A stretch of DNA of 64,000 bases, from NCBI RefSeq assembly GCF_018350175.1, contig NC_058368.1:120716001-120780000 (forward strand). The letters are read 5' to 3'. A model generated the notes under the pieces. It saw only the letters and a program-made list of their open reading frames with translations. It was not told where the DNA came from and made no database searches. Source of the stretch: Felis catus. Its lineage: Eukaryota. Positions within the stretch are counted from its first letter, which is position 1, and each line of letters opens with the position of its first letter. Position numbers and translations under genes: made by a program. Shown here one piece after another: positions 1 to 12,900 of this stretch.

Positions 1-1394
1 TCAATGTAGCAATTATTACTAGTACTATAAATACTGCTATTAACAGTAAAAATACATCATGTACATATCCTATGCCAGATACTATAATGGAACCTTCAAA
101 CACAGCAACATTTTACTGTGCGCAGAAACAACTATAGTTCTGTACATAGTGGCTTAACTGTGAGAAGATTTTTTTTCCTAACTAACTTGGCTTAAAGTCC
201 AAAAAGTAATTATAATTTGAGTGTATAGGTACTGTAATGCATAACTCAAATACTAACTTATGAAATGAACATATAATCACTTAGTCTCTGAAATTATTTA
301 ACAGATCAGGCGTTGTGCCTATTTCATGGTCTTTTCTTAGCACCAAGTGTAATTTAACATTAACTCAGAATCTATGTTTCATAATGTTGGGGACCTTGTC
401 CTTCTTTGCGACTGTTACATCACCTGAACTTTGCAGAATGCTTGGCACATATGAGAAAGAGTTAAACATTTATGGATGAAAAAAAAATACATGACTATAT
501 GGTCTTTCTGCATGATATTGCTCCTATCAGCCAGTGAAGTATAATACATTTGAAGATATGGATTTCTGATGTCACACACATCCTTACAGTGACACGGTAA
601 GAACAACAAAAATGGAGAAGAAAAGGTCTTGGAATTTAAGAATGGGACCATCTCCTTTGGCCTTATGAGCCATATCTTTTGCAGAGATTTTATTTCAATG
701 AGAAGACTGAATTATATTAAGGGTGAAAGTGATAAGCTCTCAGAAAAATTCAAACGCAAGAAAGCATAATGAAGCGGACATTAAGAAATCAGATAACATT
801 TGGCAGGTTCTTAAAATGCAGCCAATATTCATAACGAAACTTTATGAATTTGTAAGATTCCAGAATGTCAGGGATATAAAAATTAAAAGATAACTAGTAC
901 TCAAGAAAGTAGGAGTTCACAAAGGAAATATATGCACAGAGACAAGGTCAGACAAACTAAAACTTTAGTACATGCTTGGGTTTTGGCCCCTTGCCCTTGT
1001 ACACTGTGCTATATTACATGGAATCCAGAGGATGCCTTTATACATTAAGAGATCTAAGGTTTCCTTTTCCCTAGGACTCAGTCTGGCTTCTGCTGGCCCT
1101 TCTAACAAGGTGGGACAAAGGATGCAGAATGGACTTCTTACAGTGATAGCAAAGACTCAACTGTTTTGCCTCTCACTAATTATGTATAAACAAAAACACA
1201 AACCACAAGGGATCCAGAGAAAGATAGGACTGATTCTTTCTCAGGTGCAAACAGCTGTTAGCCCACTTTAACTCTAGCTTCATGGATGACTGTGACCAAA
1301 AGGAGAACAGACGAAAGCCAACAAATCTGAGAGATGTCACCTCCACAATGTAATGGAACTAAAACAAAGATGGTACCCAAAAGATGGAATCCCA

Positions 1395-1551
1395 GGGCAC
1401 CTGGTTGGCTCAGTCCATTAAGCGTCCAACTTCACCTCAGGACATGATCTCACAATGTGTGAGTTCGAGCCTTGCATCAGGCTCCAAGCTGACAGTGCAG
1501 AGCCTGCTTAGGATTCTCTCTCTCACTCTCTCTCTCTCTGCCCCTCCCTCG

Positions 1552-1621
<70 letters not shown>

Positions 1622-1639
1622 TAAATAAACTTAAAAAAA
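1395..1639 (+). mobile_element. CAN-SINE (tRNA-derived) with (CT)n(CA)n
   Basis: gggcacctggttggctcagtc head, CT/CA repeats, A tail. TSD ~gatggaat. Confidence 0.93.
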
Positions 1640-3071
1640 TGATGGAATTGCATGATAGTAAGAATGACTCACTATTTTTGACAGTAATCCTAGGATGGAG
1701 AAGTAAAGAGAAGTCTTGATTTTACTTTCCAAATATGCATGCAAAATGCCTGAAAAACTGTAATTGACAAATCCAAGCTTCTGGAATTAAGTTTAAACTG
1801 GCCCCCTGTTTCTCTTTGTAAGCTTTTAAATTACCTTTTGAATGGATTTCCCATAAGAGAAGATTATCATAAGGGATGATGGTACTGATTATTGCCAAAA
1901 AGGTCATCCACTCAGTCCAAACATTATTCCTAATGAGGACTGTGGGCACCTGCCCATCAAGAAAGAAAGTATCCTGGCAGCAGATCTCCTAATTCCCTGC
2001 TCAGCTGTCAGCTTCCCTTCCAGATGGTGATGACGGACGGATGCACTGACCTGGACTAATCTTTAACTGATACTCCAATCCTGTTCTTTTATTGAGGACT
2101 CATTTATGCCAATTATAATCTTTGATTAAGCTTGTGCTTGACAAATGAGCCTTATTGCAAGTCTTCACTTCAGACGGGAATTTACAACTATAGGTTAGCA
2201 TAATCAATACTCTGGACAGTATAATGTCAGAAACAGGATTGGCCAGAAAACCTAGTGCGATGCACCTAGTAGCATTCCATCCATCACAGCTGCCCACTAA
2301 GAATGAACCATGGTCATCCTCTATTAATCTCCCCCTGTTCTCAGATGTACCACATTCAATCAAGAGCAAGGCTGCAGGAAATGAGATGGCCTATTAAAAA
2401 AGACACTGTTTAGAATGTCTCTGCAAATGACCACTAGGAATCTTGACAATAAAACGAAGTTTCCTTTGCTCTTCCTGGATTATTACAACATCAATTATGA
2501 CCACGTGGTAGAGATAAGATGTAGAACTGATTTTTCCAAACTCATGAAAATAAGCATGGTTTCAGAACTATTCATGCACTCCTCTAACAAATGAAAAGTC
2601 ATTCTTTAGAGCAAGCTAAAAAACTAGAAGTCTATATACTTGTGACACATCAGCCTCATAGAATACTCCTTGCTGAAGTGCTCTTTAAAGACTGTTATCA
2701 GAAGTTGCTATAAGAAAAGGAACTTTGAAATCCACTTCTGCTTCATTTTACAATGAGATCTCAGCTGGAATGAGGCTCAGGCTTGGGTATGCTGGTATGT
2801 CCAGTTATGCAACATCATGCTAGGAGGTCATGCCCCCAGCTGCCCTTGGGCCAAAAGAACCTCATGGGAATATACATAAAGCATGTTCCTGGTGAGATTC
2901 AGTGTCATACAAGTATATTGGACAGACTGAGGCAGGCAGGAGCTTGAGAAAACAAGAATTCCTGACAGAATGGCTTCAAGTGACAAAGAAGTCAGACACG
3001 CCAAGGTAGATGAAGCCTGGCACGTCTGAAGGTGTTGGGAGCACCAGTAAAACAAAGAAGTTTATCGCTAG

Positions 3072-5285
3072 TGATAAGCCACTAACCCGTTTGAACAAAA
3101 AGAATAAGGAAAGGACCCAAATAAATAAAATCAAGAATGCAAGAGGAGAGATCACAACCAACACTGCAGAAATAGAAATAATAAGAGAATATTATGAACA
3201 ATTATATGGCAATAAAATGAGCAATCTGGAAGAAAATGACAAATTCCTAGAAACATATACACTACCAAAACTGAAACAGGAAGAAATAGAAAATTTGAAC
3301 AGACCCATAACCAGTAAAGAAATTGAGTTGGTTATCAAAACTCTCCCAACAAACAAGAGTCCAGGGCCAGATGGCTTTCTAGGGGAATTCTACCAAACAT
3401 TTAAGGAAGAGTTAACACCTCTTCTCTTGAAACTGTTCCAAAAAATAGAAACGGAAGGAAAACTTCCAAATTCTTTCTATGAAGCCAGCATTACTTTGAT
3501 TCCAAAAGCAGACAGAGACCCCACTAAAAAGGAGAACTGTAGACCAATTTTCCTGATGAACATGGATGCAAAAATCCTCAACAAGATATTAGCCAACCGG
3601 ATCCAACAGTACATTAAAAAAAATTATTCTCAGGGGCGCCTGGGTAGCGCAGTCAGTTAAGCGTCAGACTTCGGCCAGGTCACGATCTCGCGGTCTTTGA
3701 GTTCAAGCCCCGCGTCAGGCTCTGGGCTGATGGCTCAGAGCCTGGAGCCTGTTTCCGATTCTGTGTCTCCCTCTCTCTCTGCCCCTCCCCCGTTCATGCT
3801 CTGTCTCTCTCTGTCCCAAAAATAAATAAACGTTGAAAAAAAAATAAAATTCTTAAAAAAAAAAATTATTCTCCACGACCCAATGGGATTTATAAATGGG
3901 ATGCAGGGCTGGTTCAATATCCTCAAACAATCAATGTGATTCATCACATCAATAGAAGAAAGGACAAAAACCATATGATCCTCTCAAAAGATGCAGAGAA
4001 AGCATTTCACAAAATACAGCATCCTTTCTTGATAAAAACTCTTAAGCAAGTAGGGATAGAACGATCATACCTCTAGATCCTAAGACCCAACAGTAATATC
4101 ATGCTCAATGGGGAAAAGCTGACAGCTTTCTCCCTAAGGTCAGGGACAAGATAGGGATGTCCACTCTTGCCACTGTTATTCAACATAGTATTGGAAGTCA
4201 GCCTCAGCAATCAGACAACACAAAGAAATAAAAGGCATCCAAATTGGCCAAGAGGAGGTCAAACTTTCCCTCTTTGCAGATGACCTGATACTCTTTCGGG
4301 AAAACCCAAAAGACTCCACCAAAAAACTGCTAGAACTTGTCCATGAATTCAGCAAAATGGCAGGATATAAAATCAATGCACAGAAATCGGTTGCATTCCT
4401 ATACACCAACAATGAAGCGACAGAAAGAGAAATCAAGGAATCCATCCCATTTACAATTGCACCAAAACCCATAAAATACCCAGGAATAAACCTAACCAAA
4501 GAGGTGAAAAATCTATACACTGAAAACTATAGAAAGCTGATGAAAGAAATTTAAGAAGACACAAAGAAATGGAAAAATATTCCATGCTCCTGGATAGGAA
4601 GAACAAATATTGTTAAAATGTCGATACCACCCAAAGCAATCTACATATTCAATGCAATCCCTATCACAATAACACCAGCCTTCTTTACAGAGTTGGAACA
4701 AACAATCCGTCTCTGTCTCAAAAAATCAATAAACGTTAAAAAAAAAAATAGAACTACCCTATGACCCAGCAATTGCACTACTAGGCATTTATCCAAGAGA
4801 TACAGGGATGCTGTTTCAAAGGAGCACATGCACTCAATGTTTATAGCAGCACTATCAACAACAGCCAAAATATTCAAAGAGCCCAAATGTCCAATGATGG
4901 ATGACTGGATAAAGAGGATGTGGTATATATACACAATGGAGTATTACTCAGCAATCAAAAAGAATGAAATCTTGCTATTTGCAACTGTGTGGATGGAACT
5001 AGAGAGTATTATGCTAAGTGAAATTAGAGAAAGACAAATATCATATGGCTTCACTCACATGAGGACTTTAAGACACAGACAGATGAACATATGGAAAGGG
5101 AAGCAAAAATAATATAAAAACAGGGAGGGGGACCAAAACATAAGAGACTCTTAAATATGGAGAACAAACAGAAAGTTGCTGGAGGGGTTATGGGCAGGGG
5201 GATGGGGTCTCTTCCTGGAATCATTATTGCATAATATGGTAACTAACTTGGATGTAAATTTAAAAAATAAGTATTTTTTTTTAAA
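3072..5285 (+). mobile_element. 5'-truncated feline LINE-1 (ORF2 RT region plus 3'UTR) with a SINE insertion and an internal ~1-kb deletion
   Basis: ORF 3010..3660 ([33 protein letters not shown]), 4357..4554 and 4828..5112 are L1 ORF2. The 3'UTR is similar to that of the 45.7-kb element. Confidence 0.95.
3633..3857 (+). mobile_element. Young feline CAN-SINE inside L1 ORF2
   Basis: ggggcgcctgggt head. TSD aaaaaaaattattctc. Confidence 0.96.
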
Positions 5286-6074
5286 AAGAGCTATTATTGC
5301 TAGGGGTCCAGCCACACTCCAGTAGGATCCCATCTCCCAAAAGCAAGCCACATAACAGAAAAGGAATGACCAGATGGAAATTGGGAGGATCATGTGGAAC
5401 TAATGAGGAAAACAGCCACCTGGGGATTCTTTGGCTTCAAAGGCAGGTGCACTGCTCTGTGGGCAGCCCACAAAAAGTGAAAACAGGAGGCCAAGCCTGG
5501 CATCTGTAAGGTAATGAGTAGAGTGAAAGTAGACAACAGAGCAGTGGAAAATGGCAACAGTCGGTATGAAGACAAAAATTACAAAACACAAAATTACAGG
5601 GGTGATCTTACATAGAGATTCAAGAACAACAGTGAACCAAGATCCTACACATTTCTTTCTAGATCATTATTTCTCTTTACAGTACTATTACACTAATTTT
5701 GGTCCATGAGTCTTTTTAAGAGCTGGCACAAGAGCAAATAAATATGATGTTCTTATTGCATGGTATTCACAACGGGGTCTAAACTCCATCCAAATATGAT
5801 AATATCTGTGTCTTATTGTTATGCACTGTGGATGGAATCAGATAGATATTCTTAGCTCATTTCTCTCATTACCCACCTACAAGTCTGTTAAAAGGATTAA
5901 ATACCAACATAAGAACATTTTGTAAACTTTAAAATACTAATCGCAATGTTCAATTGTGCTCTTACATGAAAGACACAGGGAAACTTCCTCTACTCCAAGT
6001 CATCTTCCATATGCTTACGCTACAGTATTTGATATTGCCATACTCCTCAAAGCTTTGTTAAAACTCTAAAACCT

Positions 6075-6318
6075 GGGGGCTCCTGGATGGCTCCGTCGGT
6101 TAAGCATCTGACTTCAGCTCAGGTCACGATCTCTTGGTCCGTGAGTTCGAACCCTGCGTCGGGCTCTGGGCTGATGGCTCAGAGCCTGGAGCCTGCTTCT
6201 GATTCTGTGTCTCCCTCTCTCTCTGGCCCTCCCCCGTTCATGCTCTGTCTCTCTCTGTCCCAAAAATAAATAAACGTTAAAAAAAATAAATAAATAAAAA
6301 TAAAAAATAAATAAATAA
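6075..6318 (+). mobile_element. Feline CAN-SINE
   Basis: TSD aaaactctaaaacctg. Confidence 0.96.
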
Positions 6319-8884
6319 AACTCTAAAACCTGATAGTAAAGAAAAAAGCAAATGTTTCTGAGAAAGTGGCATTATAAATTATAATCAGTCCTTAACACCT
6401 TACTTCAAAATCACATATTGCTTAATCTTGCTAAGATGTAAAAACTGAGAAAATGAGATCCAGTACAAGTCAGTTTAGGGGGAAAGAAAAGAAGGAAAGT
6501 AGCAGTTCATGGTTCCTGAGACCAATGATCCTGTTGGGTTTCTCAGCAGGCAGCTTATGGGAATTTTGTGCCCGGTAGCAAGTAAGAAATGAAAGGAAGG
6601 AATAAGGTACAGAAAGAGTTCATCAATTCATTTGACTGCACAATTCTGTCCCTGGCTGATCCTGCCTTATTTGTGGAATGCATTAGGAAGTGTAAACAGG
6701 AATCAAGAATACCAGTCTGTTCCATTAATCAAACTGAGAGTGACTAATAGTGTGTCTGAATAAGGACTTCTCCCATAATTAGAGCCTGTGTGGTAAGTTT
6801 ACATCCTCAAATATACCTTAGCTACAGTTTAGAGTAGAGGTTGGCAATAAAAACAGCTAGGGTGAAATCAACACTGGGTGGCATGGAGGAATTACTGTGT
6901 TCAGTTACATAGTGTCCAATTATGCATCCATTGTCCACAGAATGTCTTTAGTGTTGGAGGCTGGATGCCCAGTAGAGAGAATACATTTGACAATGCTTAA
7001 AAGGAAAAGCAGGTATTTTGGTTTATTCTATTACAAAAGCAGTTCTAAGCACTTTCCAAATGAGGCTGGAGATAAAGACTCATATAATTTCCATCATGTT
7101 TCCCAAAGATGCCTGCCCCAGTGGGTGTCTTCTGCTGACTGTCGAGTTTCTTATAACTGCTGGCAAGAGACAGACAGATGCCAGAAACAAAGCTCTGGTC
7201 TCTGTTAAGACTTGATCCATTTAATCTTATATTTAGCATTCCTTAAGGGAGAGACTTGTGTGTTAAAGGCCCCAGAAAAGCTGTCCTTTGATCAAATCTC
7301 CATACAACACCCAGAAAACTATTTTTTAATGAAGATTAGACATCTCATTCTGTTTCACACACCCCCATAAAACCCTTATAATCTGTGGCTTTTTCCCTTT
7401 TGTCCAGCTCTTTTAAAATGACCCACAAGGCTCCTCATGATCTGGCCCTCTATGGGTCGTTCTTGAACCACTCTTTTCCTTCTTTTCTTCACTCAAGCTG
7501 CCCTCTTGCCAGGAAATCAACCTCTGTCCACTCACCTTCCTCCCCACTCTGTATCTAAAACATTCTAAATCATGCTTCAGATTTCAATTAGAAGTTTAGC
7601 TTCCCAAGGGATTGCTTTGACCTCAGATTATGCCTGGTCCCCTATGACATGGACCCAGAACACTTTGTAACCCTCACACATCATACTCAACACAATCATG
7701 ATTAAATATGCACTTAGGCTATAATAATTTATGTTTGGCTTCCTCTCTGGAACATACATTCCACAAGAGTGGGTCCATATCTGTCTCATTTGGCACTGTT
7801 CTCAGTGCCTAGTATATTGCTGTGCATACCTTAAGAGCCTAATAAATAAACATTAAATGAAAAAAAAATAGAGGAAAGCTGAACTGGGAATTACTTTCTA
7901 GACATGACAATGTGTTGACATGGTAAATATGTGAAACTTTTCCTAAGAAAACATGGAGGTTGGGAAGGGAGAAACTGGGAGGCTGATCATCTTCAGGGTT
8001 CCCCTATCTATCCTTCAAGCTTCAGCTCCTACAGTTGCGAAGACTTCTCTGATATCTTCAAGGATAGGTAAGCCCTTTCCACTATGTATGGCCAAGAGCC
8101 TCATATTTAATAGGAAAAAAAAGCATGGCCAAGAGCCTCATATTTAATAGGAAATAAATAATAATTTCTAAATGGATGGATAAAAGATTACTAGAACATA
8201 TTTTGCTGAAGGAAATTAGAAAACTTGACTGCTGTAGGTCAAGGATCTAGGACTAAGGGAGAAAAATGAGTCTTATGGTGAACTTAGGCTTACTAAACAC
8301 TTTTTGACCCAGGAAAACCATGAATATAGACATAATCATGCTTGTTCCAATGATCTATCAGTGATAAATCCTGGGCAAAAGATTTTGAGAGATATTCTCT
8401 TAGGTGCTTTTTTGACTGCCATGAAAGGAGTGAATCTCTTTAAGACATATGGACAGGGCTTGATGACTGGAAGTCAACACCCACATGTAATAGATAATTA
8501 ATGATAAATTTCATTGTATCTGTTTCAATACCATACTAAGTGTCACCTTTCCTCAAACTCTCCCCCTCTTAATTTAGATCTTTAGACCTTACACTTGTAA
8601 CATTTGAAGATGTGGATCTGGTTTTCTTCCCTCCACCACAGAGATCAATTAGCTTTTCTAATAAATAATTCCTCCATTACTGATTGTAGTCACACAGAAC
8701 AAACACAAGAAGAACCAGAGAAAAGGATGTGGCTAGTTCAGTACAAACAAAAGAAACCGTAAGAAAGAATAGTGAATATATTACCTGGCTAACACTGATG
8801 ACTCATTATCATTGTCAAAACTCATGAGATGGATCAAAGTTCTAGAGACTGAATAACTCAAGGTCCCCACATAAATGTACATTT

Positions 8885-9193
8885 TGTGGCAGGGTCGCCT
8901 CCCTAAGGAAAGAAAAAAACCTAAAGGCAACCTGACTATACGCGTACTTAACAACATTCCTCACAACCTGGTAACATGAGACCAGTTAATCAGACTACGT
9001 GTTTGTGTGTTATCATACATGAAAAACAAAGTAGTAAAAAAATATATTAAAAAGTATGCCACGTGACGTTCAGGGCTCAGTTCTTTGGGTATGAACCCAA
9101 CTGAGCAGTGCCTGGAGGAATAAAATTGCTTAAATTGCTTCCTGTAAAGAGAAGCTTCCGTGTCACGACTCTCTGTATGAGAATCCTGCTACA
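8885..9193 (+). mobile_element. Solo LTR (ERV1-like, 309 bp)
   Basis: Termini TGTGGCAGG...CCTGCTACA. 4-bp TSD ATTT (8881-8884, 9194-9197). TATA-like element at ~9043 and AATAAA at ~9119. Confidence 0.85.
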
Positions 9194-9197
9194 ATTT

Positions 9198-9412
9198 GAA
9201 CTTTAAACAACTTGGATTTGAAATGCAAGAGTGCACTTACACATCAATTTTTTAAAATAAATATGTCATCAGTAAGGCTTGTGGTTAACTGTAGGTTATT
9301 AGTAGTTAAGTGTTAGGGGAGTCAAAAGCTCCATGTGGATTTTTGACTGCGTGGGGGATTCGTGCCCCTAACCCCTGTCCCTAATCCCCATGTTGTTCAA
9401 AGGTCAAACGTA
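9198..9412 (+). mobile_element. Tigger2-derived MITE (MER8-like)
   Basis: Degenerate TIR ...tgttgttcaaaggtcaaacgta and internal ttattagtagttaag...ggagtcaaaag...ggatttttgactgc...gcccctaacccc. Similar to the element at 19495-20045. Confidence 0.8.
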
Positions 9413-9672
9413 TTAGCATCCAAATTAGGCCAACTGTTGCTTCCCGTTTTTGACTGGTTACAGGCTTATTTTGATAGTTTCTCTACATTTGATAGCAAGT
9501 AAAATTAAAGACAATCTCATAACTACTACTGAGGGAATAGCCATGCAAAATAGGCCAACTCCTAAGTCTTAGGACACATTCATAAGTAAACTTCTAAGTT
9601 TCATTTAGGCTAATTGTGCAAATGTTACAACAGAGCTATGGTCCTATAGGTCATTTAAAAATTTTCCTTCAA

Positions 9673-9925
9673 GGGGCACCTGGCTGGGTCAGTTGGTTAA
9701 GTATCTGGTTCTTGGTTTCAGCTCAGTTCATGATCTCAAAGTTGGGGAGTTCGAGTCCCACATTGGGCTCTGCACGGATAGCAGGGAGCCTGCTTGGGAT
9801 TCTCTGTCTCTCTCTGTCTCTCTCTCTGTCTCTCTCTGTCTCTCCCTCCCTCTCAATCTCTCTCTCTCCCTGCCCCTCTCCATGTTTCTCACTTTCAAAA
9901 TAAATAAACATAAAAAAGTTAAAAA
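9673..9925 (+). mobile_element. CAN-SINE
   Basis: TSD aaaaattttccttcaa. Confidence 0.95.
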
Positions 9926-12900
9926 AAATTTTCCTTCAACTTTTATTATTTATTAGTTTTTTTGAGTGACATTGCTAAAGTAGAGTGATGAGAATTTTTA
10001 AGAATTTCTAATAATTTAATGATTTTAATTATATAAGAATATATATTTCTTTATACCTATGTTTTTCAAATTAGTTCTTTAACACAGTACTATAATAATA
10101 ATCTGAATCATATTCTTTCATTTAGGCAGTCTTGCCTTCCAAATAATATTGGTCTTGAGTAGAACATTGGAATGTGTTGACATTCTCAAAGGAGGGTTTA
10201 TGTTTACAGGATTCTGCTACCCAAACAATATTACACTATCAGAGAACATTTTGAGTAGCTGCACATACCTATTCAAATTCTAATGAAACATAGACTAGAA
10301 ACATTTAAACTTTCAGTAGAATATTATTTGGAGAAAAAACTCAATCTTGTTTGGCTGATTGTATGCTATTGCTACATTTGCAAATAAATTATTCTTGGCT
10401 GAAGAAAACTTCACACAACAAATTCTGCTTGGAAGATTAAATGACTTTGAAACAGATACTCAATAATGGAAAAGTCACTAGTGCTCCATAAGAGCTACTT
10501 TTAAGTTAATGGGTTATCAGAAGAAAATAAGAGCTTGATACAAGTACCAAATGCAAACAAAACTGGAAGGAAAACTATTTGGCTTGAAATAAATGTAAAG
10601 AGAAGTATTCTGTCAATACCCAAATTGAAATGCTCTCTCTTTCCACACATCTTTAAGTTTCTGGATTCTGGTGATGATTTGATTAGATTTTTGGCATCTG
10701 AGGGACGTGTTACAGCTACTGGATTCCAATTTCTAGCAAATGGGCAATTTGCCAAGCTATATAAACAACTCCATGCCAGGATCCATAGTAAAAGAAGTTA
10801 CGTATTTGTCTAATTATTTTGCCTTTGAATCCCTTATCCTATTTTTTTTTTTTATTTTCCTGCTCCCTGACCAGAATTCAAGCCCCCTGAGGACAGGGAA
10901 TTTATTTTTCTACGGCTGGGTCCTCAGCTTCTGCAACAGTGTCAAATACACAGCACCAGTCAATAAATATTTGCTGAATGTTGAATGAATGAAAGGAGTA
11001 AACAGTAGATTAGATGATCAGGTTGTTTCAACAAAAACACTGCACATCGAAGACCAGAATAGTTCATGGAGAGAAGATTTAGCCTTTTAGGTATTTTCCT
11101 GAAAGTGCAATTTTATGGCATTACTGACAACACTCAAATGTCACCAAATTATACAATGTTTTGTATCGATCAATTGCTATGCGGTCAAAAGTCTGTCTGT
11201 TCTTTGATTCCCCATATACCTAGCCACCTGACTATAGCCCACCAAACTGAAAGTCCTTTAAAAAGACATGTCTGAAAACTCCCAAAAGCAAATATTAATC
11301 TAGGACCTGTCAGTGGTAAATAAATATAGGAAGAAAACATAAGACTGTTGGACTATGCAGCATAATCTGAAAGGATTTTTAGTGAGGGACTCTTGCTATC
11401 CTTCTGGAAAAAACTGAGCTGAGTCATTTACACATAATGGTGACTTACACATAGAGCCAACTGTCCATAGATGCACATGCGGGTACATAGAAATCCCTGA
11501 AGGGGGCTTTTAACCCAGTTTTGGCTTAAGAACCTATGATAAAGAGTGCCTGCTGTACTCAGGCTCAGCGTGCAGCAGCAAGAATGTATCTCAATACCCA
11601 AATCCATAGAAGACCATAAAAACATTCAGATGGAGTTATTCTGGAACAGGGGACAAAGCATGGGGCTAGATATGCCTGGCCACTCTCTGCCACTACCTTA
11701 TGGAGTGGCCTTAACCAAAGATTTCAGCATTTGGACCTAAACAGGACCGCAGGACAGGATGATCTTGCGGGGGGGGGGGGGGGGGGGATTTTCTTGGGTC
11801 AATAAAAATCCACTGGGCCTAGGCAATCTGACTGGGTGTACCAAATCCTAAAAATTGTTAAGATGTTAAAAAAAAAAGACAATTAGCTTGACAAAGTAGA
11901 ATAAGTGGTTCTCTGAAAAATATAGGTGGTATAAAAAAAGGCTCTCTAGATACCCAGGCCAAAATGGGTGGGTCTTTCTTTTTTCCTAAATAGTACTTTT
12001 CTATTTCTAAAATATCTGTGTGATTTACTTCACCTCTCTACTTCAATTTACTTGTGCAGACTTTACCTAAATTAACTTATGTGAATATGTTGAGGACAGA
12101 GTAAGAGAAAAGGATTTTAATGAAATTGTGGGAGGACATATGTTTCACAATTATTAGACCAGGTTTTTCTGTTGCTTTCCATCTACAAATTCCCTCAGAG
12201 TTTATTCCTATTTCCAAGGAGTAACCTGGGCATAAATAACCCAAACAGGTCCCGTAAGACACTAATAGCTCTATATTTGTGTCTGCAATTCTCATGTGCG
12301 TGCACATTTATGCCTTCAGAATAGGTCCAATTGTTTCCCACAGAAAATTCTGACACATGGAAAAATATGAGTGGAGGGAAAAAAATAACAAGAATTTGGA
12401 GTGCTGCTTAGTTGGCAAACATGTGATTTGTCAAATCCCCCCACAACCTAAAATTAACTAAGGGACAGTCTGGAAGGAAACAGGGAAATTCGATTGTCAC
12501 TAAGCATTGTTGAGAGGAAAAAAACCTTTCCATTCTCCTATCTCTGTGCCCCATAAAGCAGCACACCAAGCTCAAAGCCACCAATCCTGTCTCTTCTTCC
12601 TACAACAAATGCAGACTCGTGGAAGGATCACCACGAGAGATATCCATCAATGTTTCCTTTAATGGAACTTACTATAGTCTCAATTAAATGCTCAAATGGC
12701 ATTCCTCATGTTCTTTATTGAAATACTTTTCAGATTTAGCAGGTCAAAGTGTGCACAAGGAATCAAAAGGCTTACAAAAGCCATCACCTGGCAAGCTAGT
12801 CTACTTAGGACATTTTATCCAGAACTCCATATATAAGCTGGACCTTCACCCACTGAAATTAAGTCATGCAAGATAATGCTAATGATTTCCTACCTCAAGA

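Noticed and set aside
10535..10813. Plus ORF FLDSGDDLIRFLASEGRV... with an acceptor-like site at 10657
   Set aside because: No convincing donor, no neighbouring exons and no recognisable homology.
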